Shown here: positions 1-10,401 of the stretch, in pieces
Position numbering within the stretch: the first letter of the stretch is position 1
Layout of the letters: every line of letters starts with the position of its first letter
Assembly (NCBI GenBank): GCA_045546155.1
Contig: JAZQCG010000007.1
Span: 21,749 to 85,748 of the forward strand
Source: Candidatus Enterousia sp.
GTDB taxonomy: Bacteria; Pseudomonadota; Alphaproteobacteria; Rs-D84
DNA length: 64,000 bases
Direction of reading: 5' to 3'
Program-made: the position numbers and the translations under genes
Notes under the pieces: model-generated
What the model saw: the letters and a program-made list of their open reading frames with translations, nothing else
Databases searched by the model: none
What the model was told of the DNA's origin: nothing

Positions 1-5
1 GGGAC

Positions 6-992
6 ATGTTTTCCAGCATGAAATCACATTGGTGTGGCACGGTTCGCGTGGGCGATATGCATATTGGTATTGATTGCCGTATCCAGAATGTCGCCGAAAA
101 AATGTCTGAATTTTTTGTGCATAATATGCCGGGGGCGAATATCGACACATCGGATATCCAAATGCACCTGTTTACGGGTAATCCACGCAATATCTTTGCA
201 ATCCCAGATAAATGCGAATGTGTTCAAATTTTTTCAACCGCCGATATTAATTCCACCCCAGATATTATTGTCACACCAACATATGCATGCATTGTACGTG
301 AAAATAAAATGCTGTTTATGGCGGCGCCTGAACAGAATAATCCATTGGTTACACTGGTTATGGGTGAAAACCATTTGTTGATGCGACAAATTCGTCATAT
401 GTTATACCACACCAGCCACTTTTTTATGCATGGCGCGGTTGTTGGATTGGATGATTATGGTGTGATGATATCTGGACTGTCGGGGGCGGGTAAATCGACC
501 CTGGCGGCATGGTGCGCGCATTTAGGCATGGATTTTGTCGGTGACGATCGCGTTGTTATAAGTATGCAAAATGGGCAACCAATTGCCAATCCTGTTTATA
601 CAACAGTGTCGACATCTGAACAGATTGCGGGCTTTCCGGCGCGCGTTGTTGCAACGAATATAGACCGTGCCAAAGATATTTTTGTTTTTAATCCAGAATT
701 TAAGTTCCGCCACGATATTCCAATCCGCGCAATCATAGAGCCCATGCGTGGCAATTATGACACGCCACGTATTGTTACCGCCCCACGGGCTGGGATAATG
801 GCAAAAATTGTTATGGATTATTCAAATATGGGATGCTTGATAAATTCGCCAAATCCAATAAATGATTGGCATGATATTTCAAAATTATTCCAGGGTGTTG
901 AATTTTATCATTTGCATTTAGGACGCTCTATCGCCGATAATGCAAATGCGATATGTGAGTTTATAAAACAAAAGGGGAAAAAATGTATATAA
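6..992 (+). CDS. HprK-related (HPr kinase C-terminal-like) P-loop kinase
   Basis: 328-aa ORF with Walker A GLSGAGKSTLAAW, placed as in the HPr kinase/HprK-related kinase family. Overlaps the following PqqD-like ORF by 10 nt. The start lies at the window edge, so the N-terminus could extend upstream. Confidence 0.55.
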   Translation: MFSSMKSHWCGTVRVGDMHIGIDCRIQNVAEKMSEFFVHNMPGANIDTSDIQMHLFTGNPRNIFAIPDKCECVQIFSTADINSTPDIIVTPTYACIVRENKMLFMAAPEQNNPLVTLVMGENHLLMRQIRHMLYHTSHFFMHGAVVGLDDYGVMISGLSGAGKSTLAAWCAHLGMDFVGDDRVVISMQNGQPIANPVYTTVSTSEQIAGFPARVVATNIDRAKDIFVFNPEFKFRHDIPIRAIIEPMRGNYDTPRIVTAPRAGIMAKIVMDYSNMGCLINSPNPINDWHDISKLFQGVEFYHLHLGRSIADNANAICEFIKQKGKKCI

Positions 993-1417
993 GAAATCCT
1001 GAATTCTTCTGTGATACAAACGACAATAAAACGATATTTATCGACTTGGAAAATGGTGTGTTTTATATATTGCCAATTTTTGCGAATTTAGTATTTCGTG
1101 CACTGATTTCTGGGAAAACAATGGATGAAACAATCGAAATGCTGCGCAATATCGAACAAATGCCGGTTGATGTTGCCAAACGCGCAGAAAATGTTTTATC
1201 GCAATTGATGGAATATCGTCTGGTTTGTGAATCAGACGCGTCTGACAATGTTCCGATGCCTGAAATAACAGAAAACTTGATTATGGATATCCAAGACGAA
1301 GATTTTGAATATGAAATTACAATGTCCAGCGATATTCAGAAAATGTTAATGGATGATCCGATTCACGACGTGTCCTTGGATGGTTGGTCACCAATTTTAA
1401 ATAATGATAAAATCTAA
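983..1417 (+). CDS. PqqD-family (RRE-like) protein, HPr-rel-A-type partner
   Basis: GGGGA RBS before the ATG. KTIFIDLENGVFYILPIFANLVFRALISGKTMDETIEML...VLSQLMEYRLV follows the PqqD pattern, with an acidic tail. Translationally coupled to the kinase-like ORF. Confidence 0.55.
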   Translation: MYIRNPEFFCDTNDNKTIFIDLENGVFYILPIFANLVFRALISGKTMDETIEMLRNIEQMPVDVAKRAENVLSQLMEYRLVCESDASDNVPMPEITENLIMDIQDEDFEYEITMSSDIQKMLMDDPIHDVSLDGWSPILNNDKI

Positions 1418-1426
1418 GGGGACACT

Positions 1427-2053
1427 GTGATATCTGTGATAATTCCTGTTTTTAACGGCGAAAAATACCTGCGCGCTGCACTGGAAAGTATCGATTTCCC
1501 AGATGTTCAGGTTATTGTCACAGATGACGGTTCAACGGATTCATCGGCACAAATTGCGCGTGATTTTGGCGCAAATGTTATTTGTTTGCCACATGGTGGG
1601 CCGGTAATTGCACGCAATGCCGGCTTGGGGGTGGCAACGGGGGAATATGTGCTGTTTCTGGATTCTGATGATGTTATGGTGTCGGGCGCAATCGCGCAAA
1701 TGCATGCCCAGATTTCAGATAACGACATGATTATCGCAACGCGAACTGACTTTGTTTCACCGGATTGTACGGGTCAGTATAAAACAACCCAATCCCAGCA
1801 TGGTGCAATTGCCGGCTGTGCATTGATTCGCAGGAAACTGTTCGACCGTATTGGTATGTTTGATACAGAATTAATGTGTGGCGATGCATATGATTGGTTG
1901 TTGCGGGCGCGTGAATCTGGGGCTAAAATACACGAGATTTCACTGGTCGCGTGTCGTCGTCGTCTGCATGGCGAAAACATGGGGATTAAAATGCGTGGTC
2001 GGGAATATGCCGATTATTGCAAGATAATACGAAAACACTTTATAAAGAAATGA
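1427..2053 (+). CDS. family 2 glycosyltransferase
   Basis: GTG start after an AAGGGGA RBS. ISVIIPVFNGEKYL...VTDDGSTD...LDSDD are typical GT2 (GT-A) motifs. Confidence 0.8.
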   Translation: MISVIIPVFNGEKYLRAALESIDFPDVQVIVTDDGSTDSSAQIARDFGANVICLPHGGPVIARNAGLGVATGEYVLFLDSDDVMVSGAIAQMHAQISDNDMIIATRTDFVSPDCTGQYKTTQSQHGAIAGCALIRRKLFDRIGMFDTELMCGDAYDWLLRARESGAKIHEISLVACRRRLHGENMGIKMRGREYADYCKIIRKHFIKK

Positions 2054-3039
2054 CAATGGATACGATGCATCTTTGTACAGCAGCAGATCGGCGATATGCA
2101 TTGCCGATGGCTACCCTGATAAATTCTATTATTGATAAATGTTCATCTGGACCAGTGGTTGTGCACGTTTTGCAAACTGATATTCCCCATCGGATGATGC
2201 GCAAATTGCACAAGATGTGCGCTGGCACAAATGTATCATTAGATTTTGTAGACATGTCTGGGTATAAATTTGATTTTGACCTGTCTGCGACGCCCCATTG
2301 GACCAGTGCGATTTTTTATCGAATAATGATACCGGAAATTTTTTCAAACCTGGACAAGATTATCTATATTGATGCAGACACATTAATGCTGGGGGATTTT
2401 CGTGCATTATGGGACAAAGAAATTCCAGACGAATACATGGTTGCCATGGTTTCTGACAAGTATTGTACATTACAACAGCGCGAGATTTTAAACCTGAAAC
2501 AGTATCATAATTCTGGGATGATTTTATTCAAGCTTGATAAATGCCGCGAATTTAATTTTGGCAAAAAATGTTTAGATTGGTTGGCGGCAAATCATCGCAT
2601 TGCGTTTTATCCAGACCAAGATGCAATCAATGTTGTGCTCCAGGGAAAAATATTTCGTTTGTTAAATGAATTTAATTGGCAAATTGTTCCGAAACAGGCG
2701 CGCCTTTTGACGGAATTACCAACGACACATCGTATGATTCACTTCTTGACACCAACCAAGCCATGGTGTGCAGGAATTCACCCACTGTTGGGTCGTTTGT
2801 ATGAACCATATATTCCATTTCCGTTGTCGCGTGCGCGTATATGGCTAATGCATCGTATGAATTGGTTTGGTCGCAAAATTGTGCGCTATGATTTAGAATC
2901 AGAATGCAAAGAAGGCATCGTTTCCGAATATCACAAGGTTTATTTATTTGGCTATGTTATTTTTAAAAAGCGTTTACGTCGTGAAAATATGGATGTAATC
3001 TCTTTCTTGAAGCAAAGGTGTGGTTATGGACAAAAATAA
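2050..3039 (+). CDS. family 8 glycosyltransferase (LPS glycosyltransferase-like)
   Basis: ATGA start/stop overlap with the upstream GT2. Motifs HLCTAADRRYALP, IYIDADTL, YHNSGMILF, DQDAINVV and HFLTPTKPW match the GT8 pattern. Confidence 0.8.
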   Translation: MTMDTMHLCTAADRRYALPMATLINSIIDKCSSGPVVVHVLQTDIPHRMMRKLHKMCAGTNVSLDFVDMSGYKFDFDLSATPHWTSAIFYRIMIPEIFSNLDKIIYIDADTLMLGDFRALWDKEIPDEYMVAMVSDKYCTLQQREILNLKQYHNSGMILFKLDKCREFNFGKKCLDWLAANHRIAFYPDQDAINVVLQGKIFRLLNEFNWQIVPKQARLLTELPTTHRMIHFLTPTKPWCAGIHPLLGRLYEPYIPFPLSRARIWLMHRMNWFGRKIVRYDLESECKEGIVSEYHKVYLFGYVIFKKRLRRENMDVISFLKQRCGYGQK

Positions 3040-3838
3040 AATTGCAATCGCAATAGACGTTTCCCGTTTTCCGGTGCGTTATCTGAATTTCCTGGATTTT
3101 ATAGAACGTTCGCCAGAATTGGGGTATATCAATTTTCTGGGGGATAAAATCTTTACAGATTCCGAAGAATTACCAGATATTTTGGATTTATGTGCAAAAC
3201 ATGGTATTGATGTTGAAATCTCTAATCTGGCCAATGCTGCGCCGGATATTGTGGCTTCTTTGGTGACCAGTGGCGCTGTTGTCCGTGTCGTTTTTCCACA
3301 CGCCCAAGAAGAAGAGCTAAAACCAGTCGTCGACGAAATTATAAGACTGCGAAATGAATATAAATTGACCAAGCCAGAAATTTTGTGCATTGTCGAAAAT
3401 GAACAGCAATTTGCCGCACTAGCATCCAAGCAGGCCAAAGCCTCGCAAACCGGCACAAAGAATACAAAACCAGCCCCTGAAAATGCTGCAATTGTACCAT
3501 CGCAAAAATCAGAAAAGCCGATTGAACGTGCACCTGTGCCAACGTCCTTTGGTTTTTATGATTTGGTTGGGGATTTAAAGAATTTGCCATGTGGGCGACT
3601 GCTGAATTATCCATTACTGAATTTTGATGGGCGCTTTATTGGGTGCTGGGAAAATTATCAAGACACGCCTGTAAATGCGTTTAAGCTGGGGATTGTGGCG
3701 GCAATGAACCACAAATTTGTAAAGCGTATGTGCAAAATGCTGTACACAGGTCGTCCAGACGTTGATATTCCATGTATGCGATGCCCAATATACACCAGTT
3801 TAGTTTGGGCCAATAAACGCGTTCGTTTGGTAAAATAA
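3026..3838 (+). CDS. hypothetical protein with C-terminal SPASM/twitch-like Cys pattern
   Basis: ATG at 3026 after AAAGG. The C-terminus LPCGRLL..NFDGRFIGCWEN...MCKML...PCMRCPIY resembles a SPASM/twitch auxiliary-cluster region. No CxxxCxxC radical-SAM triad is present in the N-terminal part. Confidence 0.35.
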   Translation: MDKNKIAIAIDVSRFPVRYLNFLDFIERSPELGYINFLGDKIFTDSEELPDILDLCAKHGIDVEISNLANAAPDIVASLVTSGAVVRVVFPHAQEEELKPVVDEIIRLRNEYKLTKPEILCIVENEQQFAALASKQAKASQTGTKNTKPAPENAAIVPSQKSEKPIERAPVPTSFGFYDLVGDLKNLPCGRLLNYPLLNFDGRFIGCWENYQDTPVNAFKLGIVAAMNHKFVKRMCKMLYTGRPDVDIPCMRCPIYTSLVWANKRVRLVK

Positions 3839-3854
3839 AGAAAAGGGGATAAAT

Positions 3855-4850
3855 ATGTTTAAACGTAAAATTAACGTTGCTTTTACATTTGACTTTCGCA
3901 TGTGGATGATTGCAGGTGTGTGTCTGCACTCGTTATGTTCAAATGCGCGTGGAAAATGTAAATATCAAATATATTGTATTGTCGATGCAAGTGTTAATTC
4001 TGGTATGCGCCAGATGCTGCGTGACTGTATCCCAAGTCCACATAAAATAGAGTTTATTGAAATCAAGGGCGACGAAATAAAGCACAGCGATTATTGGAAT
4101 CGTGCAACGTCTTTCCAGCGTTCTGCAATGTATCGCTTGTTATTACCCCAGGTTTTACCACATCTGGACAAAATTTTATACATCGACAGTGATACCATCA
4201 TTGCCAAAGATTTATGCGAACTAGACAGTATTGACATCGGTGATAATTTACTGGGGGCGGTGCGTGAATTTTCTATTGCAGAAACTATTCGTCAAAAACC
4301 AGAATTGTTTACCCATATCAAACAATATGGCATCGACAAATTAGTTGCATCGGCGCGTTATTTTAACAGTGGTGTTTTGATAATGAATTTAAAAGAATTC
4401 AGACGTCAAAATATTACCCACCGTGCCCTGCATTTATTTGAAACCGGCCCTGGATTTTGGTGCTGTGACCAAGATACATTAAATATTATCTGTGCAAACA
4501 AAGTGACATATATCCCGTTCCGATTTAATCGCTGGGGACAACTAACGGGTGACTATTTGTTTAAATTCTGTCACTCTCATGGTTTGGAAACCAAGCATGC
4601 GCATTCTGATGTATCTGATTATACAATTTTGCACTTTGTTGGAACAAAACCATGGACAATTGAACCACCATATGCAGCCCCCCAAGAAGATGTTTGGTGG
4701 TGCTATGCGGCACGCACACCATTTTATGATCGCTTAAAGCACTTGCATCGCGCGGTTGTAGAAATGGAAATGCAAAAACGCTATCAAAAAGCCCAGGCAG
4801 AAGCCGCCCAAAAAAACAAGAAAACCAAGAAGGAAGAGGTCAACCACTAA
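3855..4850 (+). CDS. family 8 glycosyltransferase
   Basis: Motifs LYIDSDTI, YFNSGVLIMN, DQDTLN and LHFVGTKPW, with a lysine-rich C-terminal tail. Confidence 0.8.
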   Translation: MFKRKINVAFTFDFRMWMIAGVCLHSLCSNARGKCKYQIYCIVDASVNSGMRQMLRDCIPSPHKIEFIEIKGDEIKHSDYWNRATSFQRSAMYRLLLPQVLPHLDKILYIDSDTIIAKDLCELDSIDIGDNLLGAVREFSIAETIRQKPELFTHIKQYGIDKLVASARYFNSGVLIMNLKEFRRQNITHRALHLFETGPGFWCCDQDTLNIICANKVTYIPFRFNRWGQLTGDYLFKFCHSHGLETKHAHSDVSDYTILHFVGTKPWTIEPPYAAPQEDVWWCYAARTPFYDRLKHLHRAVVEMEMQKRYQKAQAEAAQKNKKTKKEEVNH

Positions 4851-4980
4851 GATAATAGTATTCGGGTGTCTTTCTGGTTGATTTACATGGATTTATTATC
4901 TAAGATTAACTCAATATTTAGCGCATCATTTTTTGTGGTGCGCTGTGACCATGTACGTGATAAAAGCAAAGGAATTCTAA

Positions 4981-5829
4981 ATGCCACGGGTATCTGTTCT
5001 AACACCAATTTATAATACGAATCCACAACATTTGCGCGAAATGATTGAATCCATTTTGTCGCAAACATATACGGATTTTGAATTCTTGATTTTAAACGAC
5101 AGTCCACAAAATACAGAAATTGAAAACATTGTTTTGGAATATGCTGCCAATGACAAACGTGTTAAGTATATAAAAAATGATGTGAACATGGGCATATCGG
5201 CATCGCGCAATAAACTGTTGCATGCATCGCGTGGCGAATACATTGCGATATTCGATCATGATGATATATCTGTTCCAACCCGCCTAGAGCAAGAGGTTGC
5301 TTTCCTAGACACTCATCCCCAGGTTGGGGTTGTTTCTGGCTGGTTACAGTTTTTTGGAACGGATAATAAGTTATTAAAGAATCCAGAACGCGACACAGAT
5401 ATAAAAATTTTGATGACAGATAATTGTTACATTGCGCATACTGCGGCAATGTTACGCAAAAGTGTTTTGACCGATAATAATATCGAGTATGAGAGCTATT
5501 TCACCCCAGCCGAAGATTATCGCCTGTGGGCCCGATTGATGGATGTGACGCATTTCTATAATTTGCAAACAGTACTAGTAAAATATAGATGGTTACCGAG
5601 TAATACTAGTCATACCCAGAAGCAAAACATGATCCTTGCATCAGAATCAATAAAGTTACAAATTCGTAATAAACACCCATTGTATTGGTCTATGTTTCAA
5701 AAGCTGCCTAACAACAATCGAACACGTATGCGATTGCGCCTGTTTGGGGTAATTCCATTGTTTAAAATCAAAAACAATTGGTGTCTTTTGTTTGAGTGTA
5801 TTCCAGTGGTTAAAATAAGATGGGAATAA
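4981..5829 (+). CDS. family 2 glycosyltransferase
   Basis: VSVLTPIYNTNPQHL, ILNDSPQ, FDHDD and EDYRLW are GT2 motifs. Confidence 0.8.
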   Translation: MPRVSVLTPIYNTNPQHLREMIESILSQTYTDFEFLILNDSPQNTEIENIVLEYAANDKRVKYIKNDVNMGISASRNKLLHASRGEYIAIFDHDDISVPTRLEQEVAFLDTHPQVGVVSGWLQFFGTDNKLLKNPERDTDIKILMTDNCYIAHTAAMLRKSVLTDNNIEYESYFTPAEDYRLWARLMDVTHFYNLQTVLVKYRWLPSNTSHTQKQNMILASESIKLQIRNKHPLYWSMFQKLPNNNRTRMRLRLFGVIPLFKIKNNWCLLFECIPVVKIRWE

Positions 5830-5833
5830 TAAA

Positions 5834-6655
5834 ATGAAGTTCCTTGTAAATATATTAGTATGTTGGATTCCAGCAAAGAAATATCGGGGGCAAATAAGAT
5901 CTTTTTTATTGTCCAAGTTTTATAGTTGGCGTCTGGTTATCTGGTGTATAGATGCCACCAACTTCATTAAGGCTAAAATATTAAATAAAAAACGGTACGA
6001 TACAATTTATTCAATTGGGCATAATTGTTCGTGTGCCTTCAATTTAAAAAGATTTAACCTTAGAAACACAAGTGGTGTGCTAGATTGGTTATGGCATCCA
6101 ACTTTGTCAGAAGTTTTTGATGTTTTGTGCAATGACTTCAAAGATTTTTTAATCAAAGATGATTTGGTAAAAATAGACAAAAATCCAGTTCAAACAAATC
6201 ATGATATATTGCATGATTATTATCATAATACACGAAATAATTACCAATTCTTACATGATTTTCCAACGGGTGTTTCGCTTGACGATTGTTTTGATAAGGT
6301 AAAAGAAAAATATGATAGACGTATCACTCGTTTCTTGAATGATATACACAGCGACAAAGATATTTTGCTGGTTTATCTAATTCTACACGAGACATTTTTA
6401 TACACAGATTCACAATTGATACAGATGTGTAATTCATATTGTGACCATATTGGCAGAAAGGTTGATTTCTTATTTATAGAAAACACTACATCTGCCGATG
6501 GCGGTATCACAACAAAACAAATTCAGGATAATATAACAAAAATATCTTTGTTCGTTGATACACAAAAGCATATTAATGGCCCCAAGAAGCAAATGTCGGC
6601 GGTTTTTTCAAAATATGTGCTGAAACACTTTAAATATAACTTAAAGAGACAGTAA
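5834..6655 (+). CDS. DUF1796-like protein (putative papain-like cysteine peptidase fold)
   Basis: YSIGHNCSCAFNLKRFNLRNTSGVLDWLW...NDFKDFL matches the N-terminal signature I recall for DUF1796, a family common in polysaccharide loci. Confidence 0.5.
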   Translation: MKFLVNILVCWIPAKKYRGQIRSFLLSKFYSWRLVIWCIDATNFIKAKILNKKRYDTIYSIGHNCSCAFNLKRFNLRNTSGVLDWLWHPTLSEVFDVLCNDFKDFLIKDDLVKIDKNPVQTNHDILHDYYHNTRNNYQFLHDFPTGVSLDDCFDKVKEKYDRRITRFLNDIHSDKDILLVYLILHETFLYTDSQLIQMCNSYCDHIGRKVDFLFIENTTSADGGITTKQIQDNITKISLFVDTQKHINGPKKQMSAVFSKYVLKHFKYNLKRQ

Positions 6656-7626
6656 TGCCAAAGATAAGCGTGATTATTCCTGTTTATAATGTTGAAAAGT
6701 ATTTGGCGCGATGTTTAGACAGTGTGATTGCCCAGACTTTTTCAGATATTGAAATAATCTGTATAAATGATGGCAGTACTGATAATTCTGCTGAAATTTT
6801 ATCGAAATATGCTACGCGCGATGCCCGTATAAGAATTATTACCCAGGAAAATTCAGGGCTTTCCATTGCCAGAAATGTCGGCCTTGAACACATATCTGGG
6901 CAGTATGTTTGCTTTATTGATTCAGATGATTGGGTTGATAAAAATTATTTAGAAGTATTGTTTAATTTATTATCCATTTCTGGGGCGGATATTGCCATGG
7001 CTGGGATGAGACTTGTCAACGGTGATTGTACATCTGATAATACAACGCCGAATATGGTTGCGTCTGATTTGAGTACAAAATTAAATAATTTCCCCAACGG
7101 CAGTGTTTGCGATAAATTATTCAAGACAGAGTTATTTAAGGTGAATGCGATACGGTTTCCATGTGGTCGTTATTATGAAGATAATATCATTTTGTTAAAG
7201 TTAGCTCTTTTGTCTAGCGCTGTTGCATTTACGAACTCTGTTTCATATTACTATTTTATGAATCCAGCGGGTATTTGTCGTTCTGTTTCGCCCCAGCAGC
7301 ATAAAAAAAGACAAGAAGATAAATTGTATATTGCTGAACAAATGGCACAGTATGCCAAGAATAACAAAATTCATGGACGACAACTTACCGCTGTTCGTCA
7401 GTTTATCGTTCGTACCGTTGCCCAAGATTTTTTAAGTAAAAAATCAAAATACTATCCGCAAATAAAGCGTATATTGGGGAAAAAGTTTGTTAGACAGCAA
7501 AAGCTAGCCAAACTTGTTCATAATATTAAGCGCTTTGTATGGCGCACCGATATAGATTCAAGTGGCACAAAAACGTACAAGATATTTAAAATATCCGTTT
7601 ATAAAAACAAAGGAAGCATACATTGA
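6655..7626 (+). CDS. family 2 glycosyltransferase
   Basis: ISVIIPVYNVEKYLARCLDS, INDGSTDNS and IDSDDW motifs. TAATG overlap with the upstream gene. Confidence 0.8.
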   Translation: MPKISVIIPVYNVEKYLARCLDSVIAQTFSDIEIICINDGSTDNSAEILSKYATRDARIRIITQENSGLSIARNVGLEHISGQYVCFIDSDDWVDKNYLEVLFNLLSISGADIAMAGMRLVNGDCTSDNTTPNMVASDLSTKLNNFPNGSVCDKLFKTELFKVNAIRFPCGRYYEDNIILLKLALLSSAVAFTNSVSYYYFMNPAGICRSVSPQQHKKRQEDKLYIAEQMAQYAKNNKIHGRQLTAVRQFIVRTVAQDFLSKKSKYYPQIKRILGKKFVRQQKLAKLVHNIKRFVWRTDIDSSGTKTYKIFKISVYKNKGSIH

Positions 7627-9698
7627 AAACACCAAAAATATCAGTAATATTACCATGTTATAATGTTGCGCCATACATTGGCAAGTGTTTGGATTCGTTA
7701 TTGGCGCAAACATTGACTGATATTGAAATCATTTGTGTTGATGATAAATCGACTGATGGTACAGCGGATGTTGTTGGCGAATATATGTCGCGTGATAATC
7801 GCATAAAATTGATTCATCAGCCCAAGAATATGGGGGCAGGTCCTGCACGTAATATGGGCATAAAAAACGCAACAGGTAAATACATTGCATTTCTTGATCC
7901 TGATGATTTTTATGCAGAAAATGCATCCCTAGAAAAACTATACAACGCAGCAGAAAGTAATGATATAAATATATGTGGTGGGAACCTGATGGAATTGGGC
8001 CAAGATGGCGTTCTTAGAGAATCTCCGGTTATGCCGTTGTTTAAATCATATGGTCTACTGAATTTTGCTGTCAATTCGTTTTCGTATGGTTTTTATCGGT
8101 TTATTTACAAACGGGATTTTTTACTGCGCAATAATATATGGTTCCCTGATTATTTGCGTTATCAGGACCCTCCTTTTTTGGTCAAGGCAATGGCGATTTC
8201 GGGTCAGTATTATGTGATACCAGATATTATAAATATATATCGTATAGGCCATAAGTCTGTCAATTGGACAGAACGCAGGGTGCATGATACTTTTTGTGGT
8301 ATTCGTGATGTTTTAAAAATAACTCGTGAGTATAATTTATCTAATTTGCATATAGATATGGTTATAAATCATTTGTTCCACTCAAGTTACTATAGGGTTT
8401 ACCAGCATCAGGCTCATATAGGAAAAATACAAAATGTTTTAAAAGAATGTTTTATGCTTATTGACTGGTCTCTTGTGCAGAAGTGTAAAGTAAATAAACT
8501 TCATAACTTCAAATTGTATGTACAGGTTGCCAAAGCAGATAAAAATTTGTGGAAACAAATGAAAGGTTTTATTGAAAAGGATTTTTGCTTGTTTCGCAAA
8601 CAACGATTTCCAAATGGTCGGCGACACATTTATTTCTGTGGGATTAAGATTTTATCCTATCAAAAGCGTCGCACTGTGCGTATCCCGGCACTGAAAAAGT
8701 GCAAATATGTACACATTATGCACAATGACAAATTTATTGCGCCATTTGTTGAATTTATGAATCGCCATTTTGATATGGATGAACATTTGTTCTTGTGCAT
8801 GCATACATGCCCACAATTCCCATTTCCAACCGGTAAAAACGTGGTAAAAATTCGTGATTTGCGTGGAATTAAACTGAATCACGCCAATATAAAACAGGTT
8901 ATTTGCCACTCTTTATTTATTCCGGGACTTGTTGATTATCTGTACAAACACCAGGATGTGTTACGGACCAAGGCATACTGGTGCATGTGGGGTGGTGATT
9001 TGTATAACGCCCCACGTGATGCGGTAAATGACTTTGTCCGTAAAAACTTTTATGCATACATTGGGTTAATGGATCGCGAATATGCCCTGAATAAATATGG
9101 TATGCGGGATAATTTTTATGGTGCCAACTATATTTTCCCAACACTGTTTGGAAATAACGATGTTAATGTGACCAAGCAATCACACCCAATTCGGATTCAG
9201 GTAAATAATTCAGCCGATGATTCAACACTGGAAATGCTGGATGTGTTGTCTAAATTCCGCGACCAAGACCTAGAGATTTATACCGTCTTGTCATATGGCA
9301 AAATGGAATATCGCGACCAAATAATTGCCCGCGGCACGGAATTATTTAGCGATAAATTTAATTATCTGGGTGATTATTTGGCCCCTGATGAATACAAAGA
9401 ATTTGTAAAGAAAAATCATATTTTGATTTTAAATCAGAATCGCCAGCAAGGCGTTGGCAACACAATTTTGAATATTCAGTATGGTAACAAAGTCTTTATC
9501 CGTGGCGATGTCAGCACATATAAATACCTGAACGATGTTGACGGCGTAAAGATTTTTGACAGTCGCAAGATTGGCGACATGACCTTTGATGAATTTATTC
9601 GCAATGACTATGTTGCCCAAAACCGCAAGAACATCCGCAATCGTACAGATGAATCTGTTATTGCACAACGTTGGGGGAATATTTTCAATGCAGACTAA
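7623..9698 (+). CDS. bifunctional glycosyltransferase: N-terminal GT2 fused to a C-terminal WecF-like (GT56, 4-alpha-L-fucosyltransferase family) domain
   Basis: The N-terminus ISVILPCYNV...VDDKSTDGT...LDPDDF is GT2. From about aa 360, VHIMHNDKFIAPFVEFMNRHF...LFIPGLVDYL resembles the start of TDP-Fuc4NAc:lipid II transferases. Confidence 0.55.
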   Translation: MKTPKISVILPCYNVAPYIGKCLDSLLAQTLTDIEIICVDDKSTDGTADVVGEYMSRDNRIKLIHQPKNMGAGPARNMGIKNATGKYIAFLDPDDFYAENASLEKLYNAAESNDINICGGNLMELGQDGVLRESPVMPLFKSYGLLNFAVNSFSYGFYRFIYKRDFLLRNNIWFPDYLRYQDPPFLVKAMAISGQYYVIPDIINIYRIGHKSVNWTERRVHDTFCGIRDVLKITREYNLSNLHIDMVINHLFHSSYYRVYQHQAHIGKIQNVLKECFMLIDWSLVQKCKVNKLHNFKLYVQVAKADKNLWKQMKGFIEKDFCLFRKQRFPNGRRHIYFCGIKILSYQKRRTVRIPALKKCKYVHIMHNDKFIAPFVEFMNRHFDMDEHLFLCMHTCPQFPFPTGKNVVKIRDLRGIKLNHANIKQVICHSLFIPGLVDYLYKHQDVLRTKAYWCMWGGDLYNAPRDAVNDFVRKNFYAYIGLMDREYALNKYGMRDNFYGANYIFPTLFGNNDVNVTKQSHPIRIQVNNSADDSTLEMLDVLSKFRDQDLEIYTVLSYGKMEYRDQIIARGTELFSDKFNYLGDYLAPDEYKEFVKKNHILILNQNRQQGVGNTILNIQYGNKVFIRGDVSTYKYLNDVDGVKIFDSRKIGDMTFDEFIRNDYVAQNRKNIRNRTDESVIAQRWGNIFNAD

Positions 9699-10389
9699 GA
9701 AAGTTGCAATTTTACAGTCTAATTATATCCCGTGGAAGGGCTACTTTGACATTATTGCATCGGTTGATGAATTTATATTCTATGATGAAATGCAATATAC
9801 CAAAAACGACTGGCGCAATCGTAACAAGATAAAAACTCCGGATGGCACCAAATGGCTGTCAATTCCTGTTTCGACCAAGGGGCATTTGACCAACAATGTT
9901 CGCATAATGGATGCCCGCATCAGTGATAATAAATGGGCAATGTCGCACTGGAATACTATAAAGCAGTTCTATAAAAATGCCCCATACTTTAATCAGTATC
10001 GGGATTTGTTTGAAAAACTGTACACAGAATGTGCGAACGAAGAAATGTTATGTAATGTGAACTACAAGTTTATTAATGCGATAAATCAGATTTTGGGGAT
10101 AACCACCAAAATATCGTTCAGCCAAGATTATGGTTTGGTTGATGGGAAAACAGAACGGTTGGTTGACCTGGTGCAAAAGGCAGGTGGCACAGAATATTTA
10201 TCAGGCCCCGCGGCGCGTGATTATATCCAGGCTGAATTATTCGATGCAGCTGGTATTAAATTATCGTGGATGGATTATTCGGGGTATCCTGAATATCCCC
10301 AGTTATATCCACCATTTGAACATGGTGTGTCTGTGCTGGATTTGATATTTAACTGTGGCCCTAACGCCCGAAAGTTTATAAAGAATTAA
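9688..10389 (+). CDS. WbqC-family protein
   Basis: The internal ATG at 9688 gives MQTKKVAILQSNYIPWKGYFDII..., the canonical WbqC N-terminus. It overlaps the stop of the upstream gene. Confidence 0.75.
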   Translation: MQTKKVAILQSNYIPWKGYFDIIASVDEFIFYDEMQYTKNDWRNRNKIKTPDGTKWLSIPVSTKGHLTNNVRIMDARISDNKWAMSHWNTIKQFYKNAPYFNQYRDLFEKLYTECANEEMLCNVNYKFINAINQILGITTKISFSQDYGLVDGKTERLVDLVQKAGGTEYLSGPAARDYIQAELFDAAGIKLSWMDYSGYPEYPQLYPPFEHGVSVLDLIFNCGPNARKFIKN

Positions 10390-10401
10390 AAGGGGGGAAC
10401 A

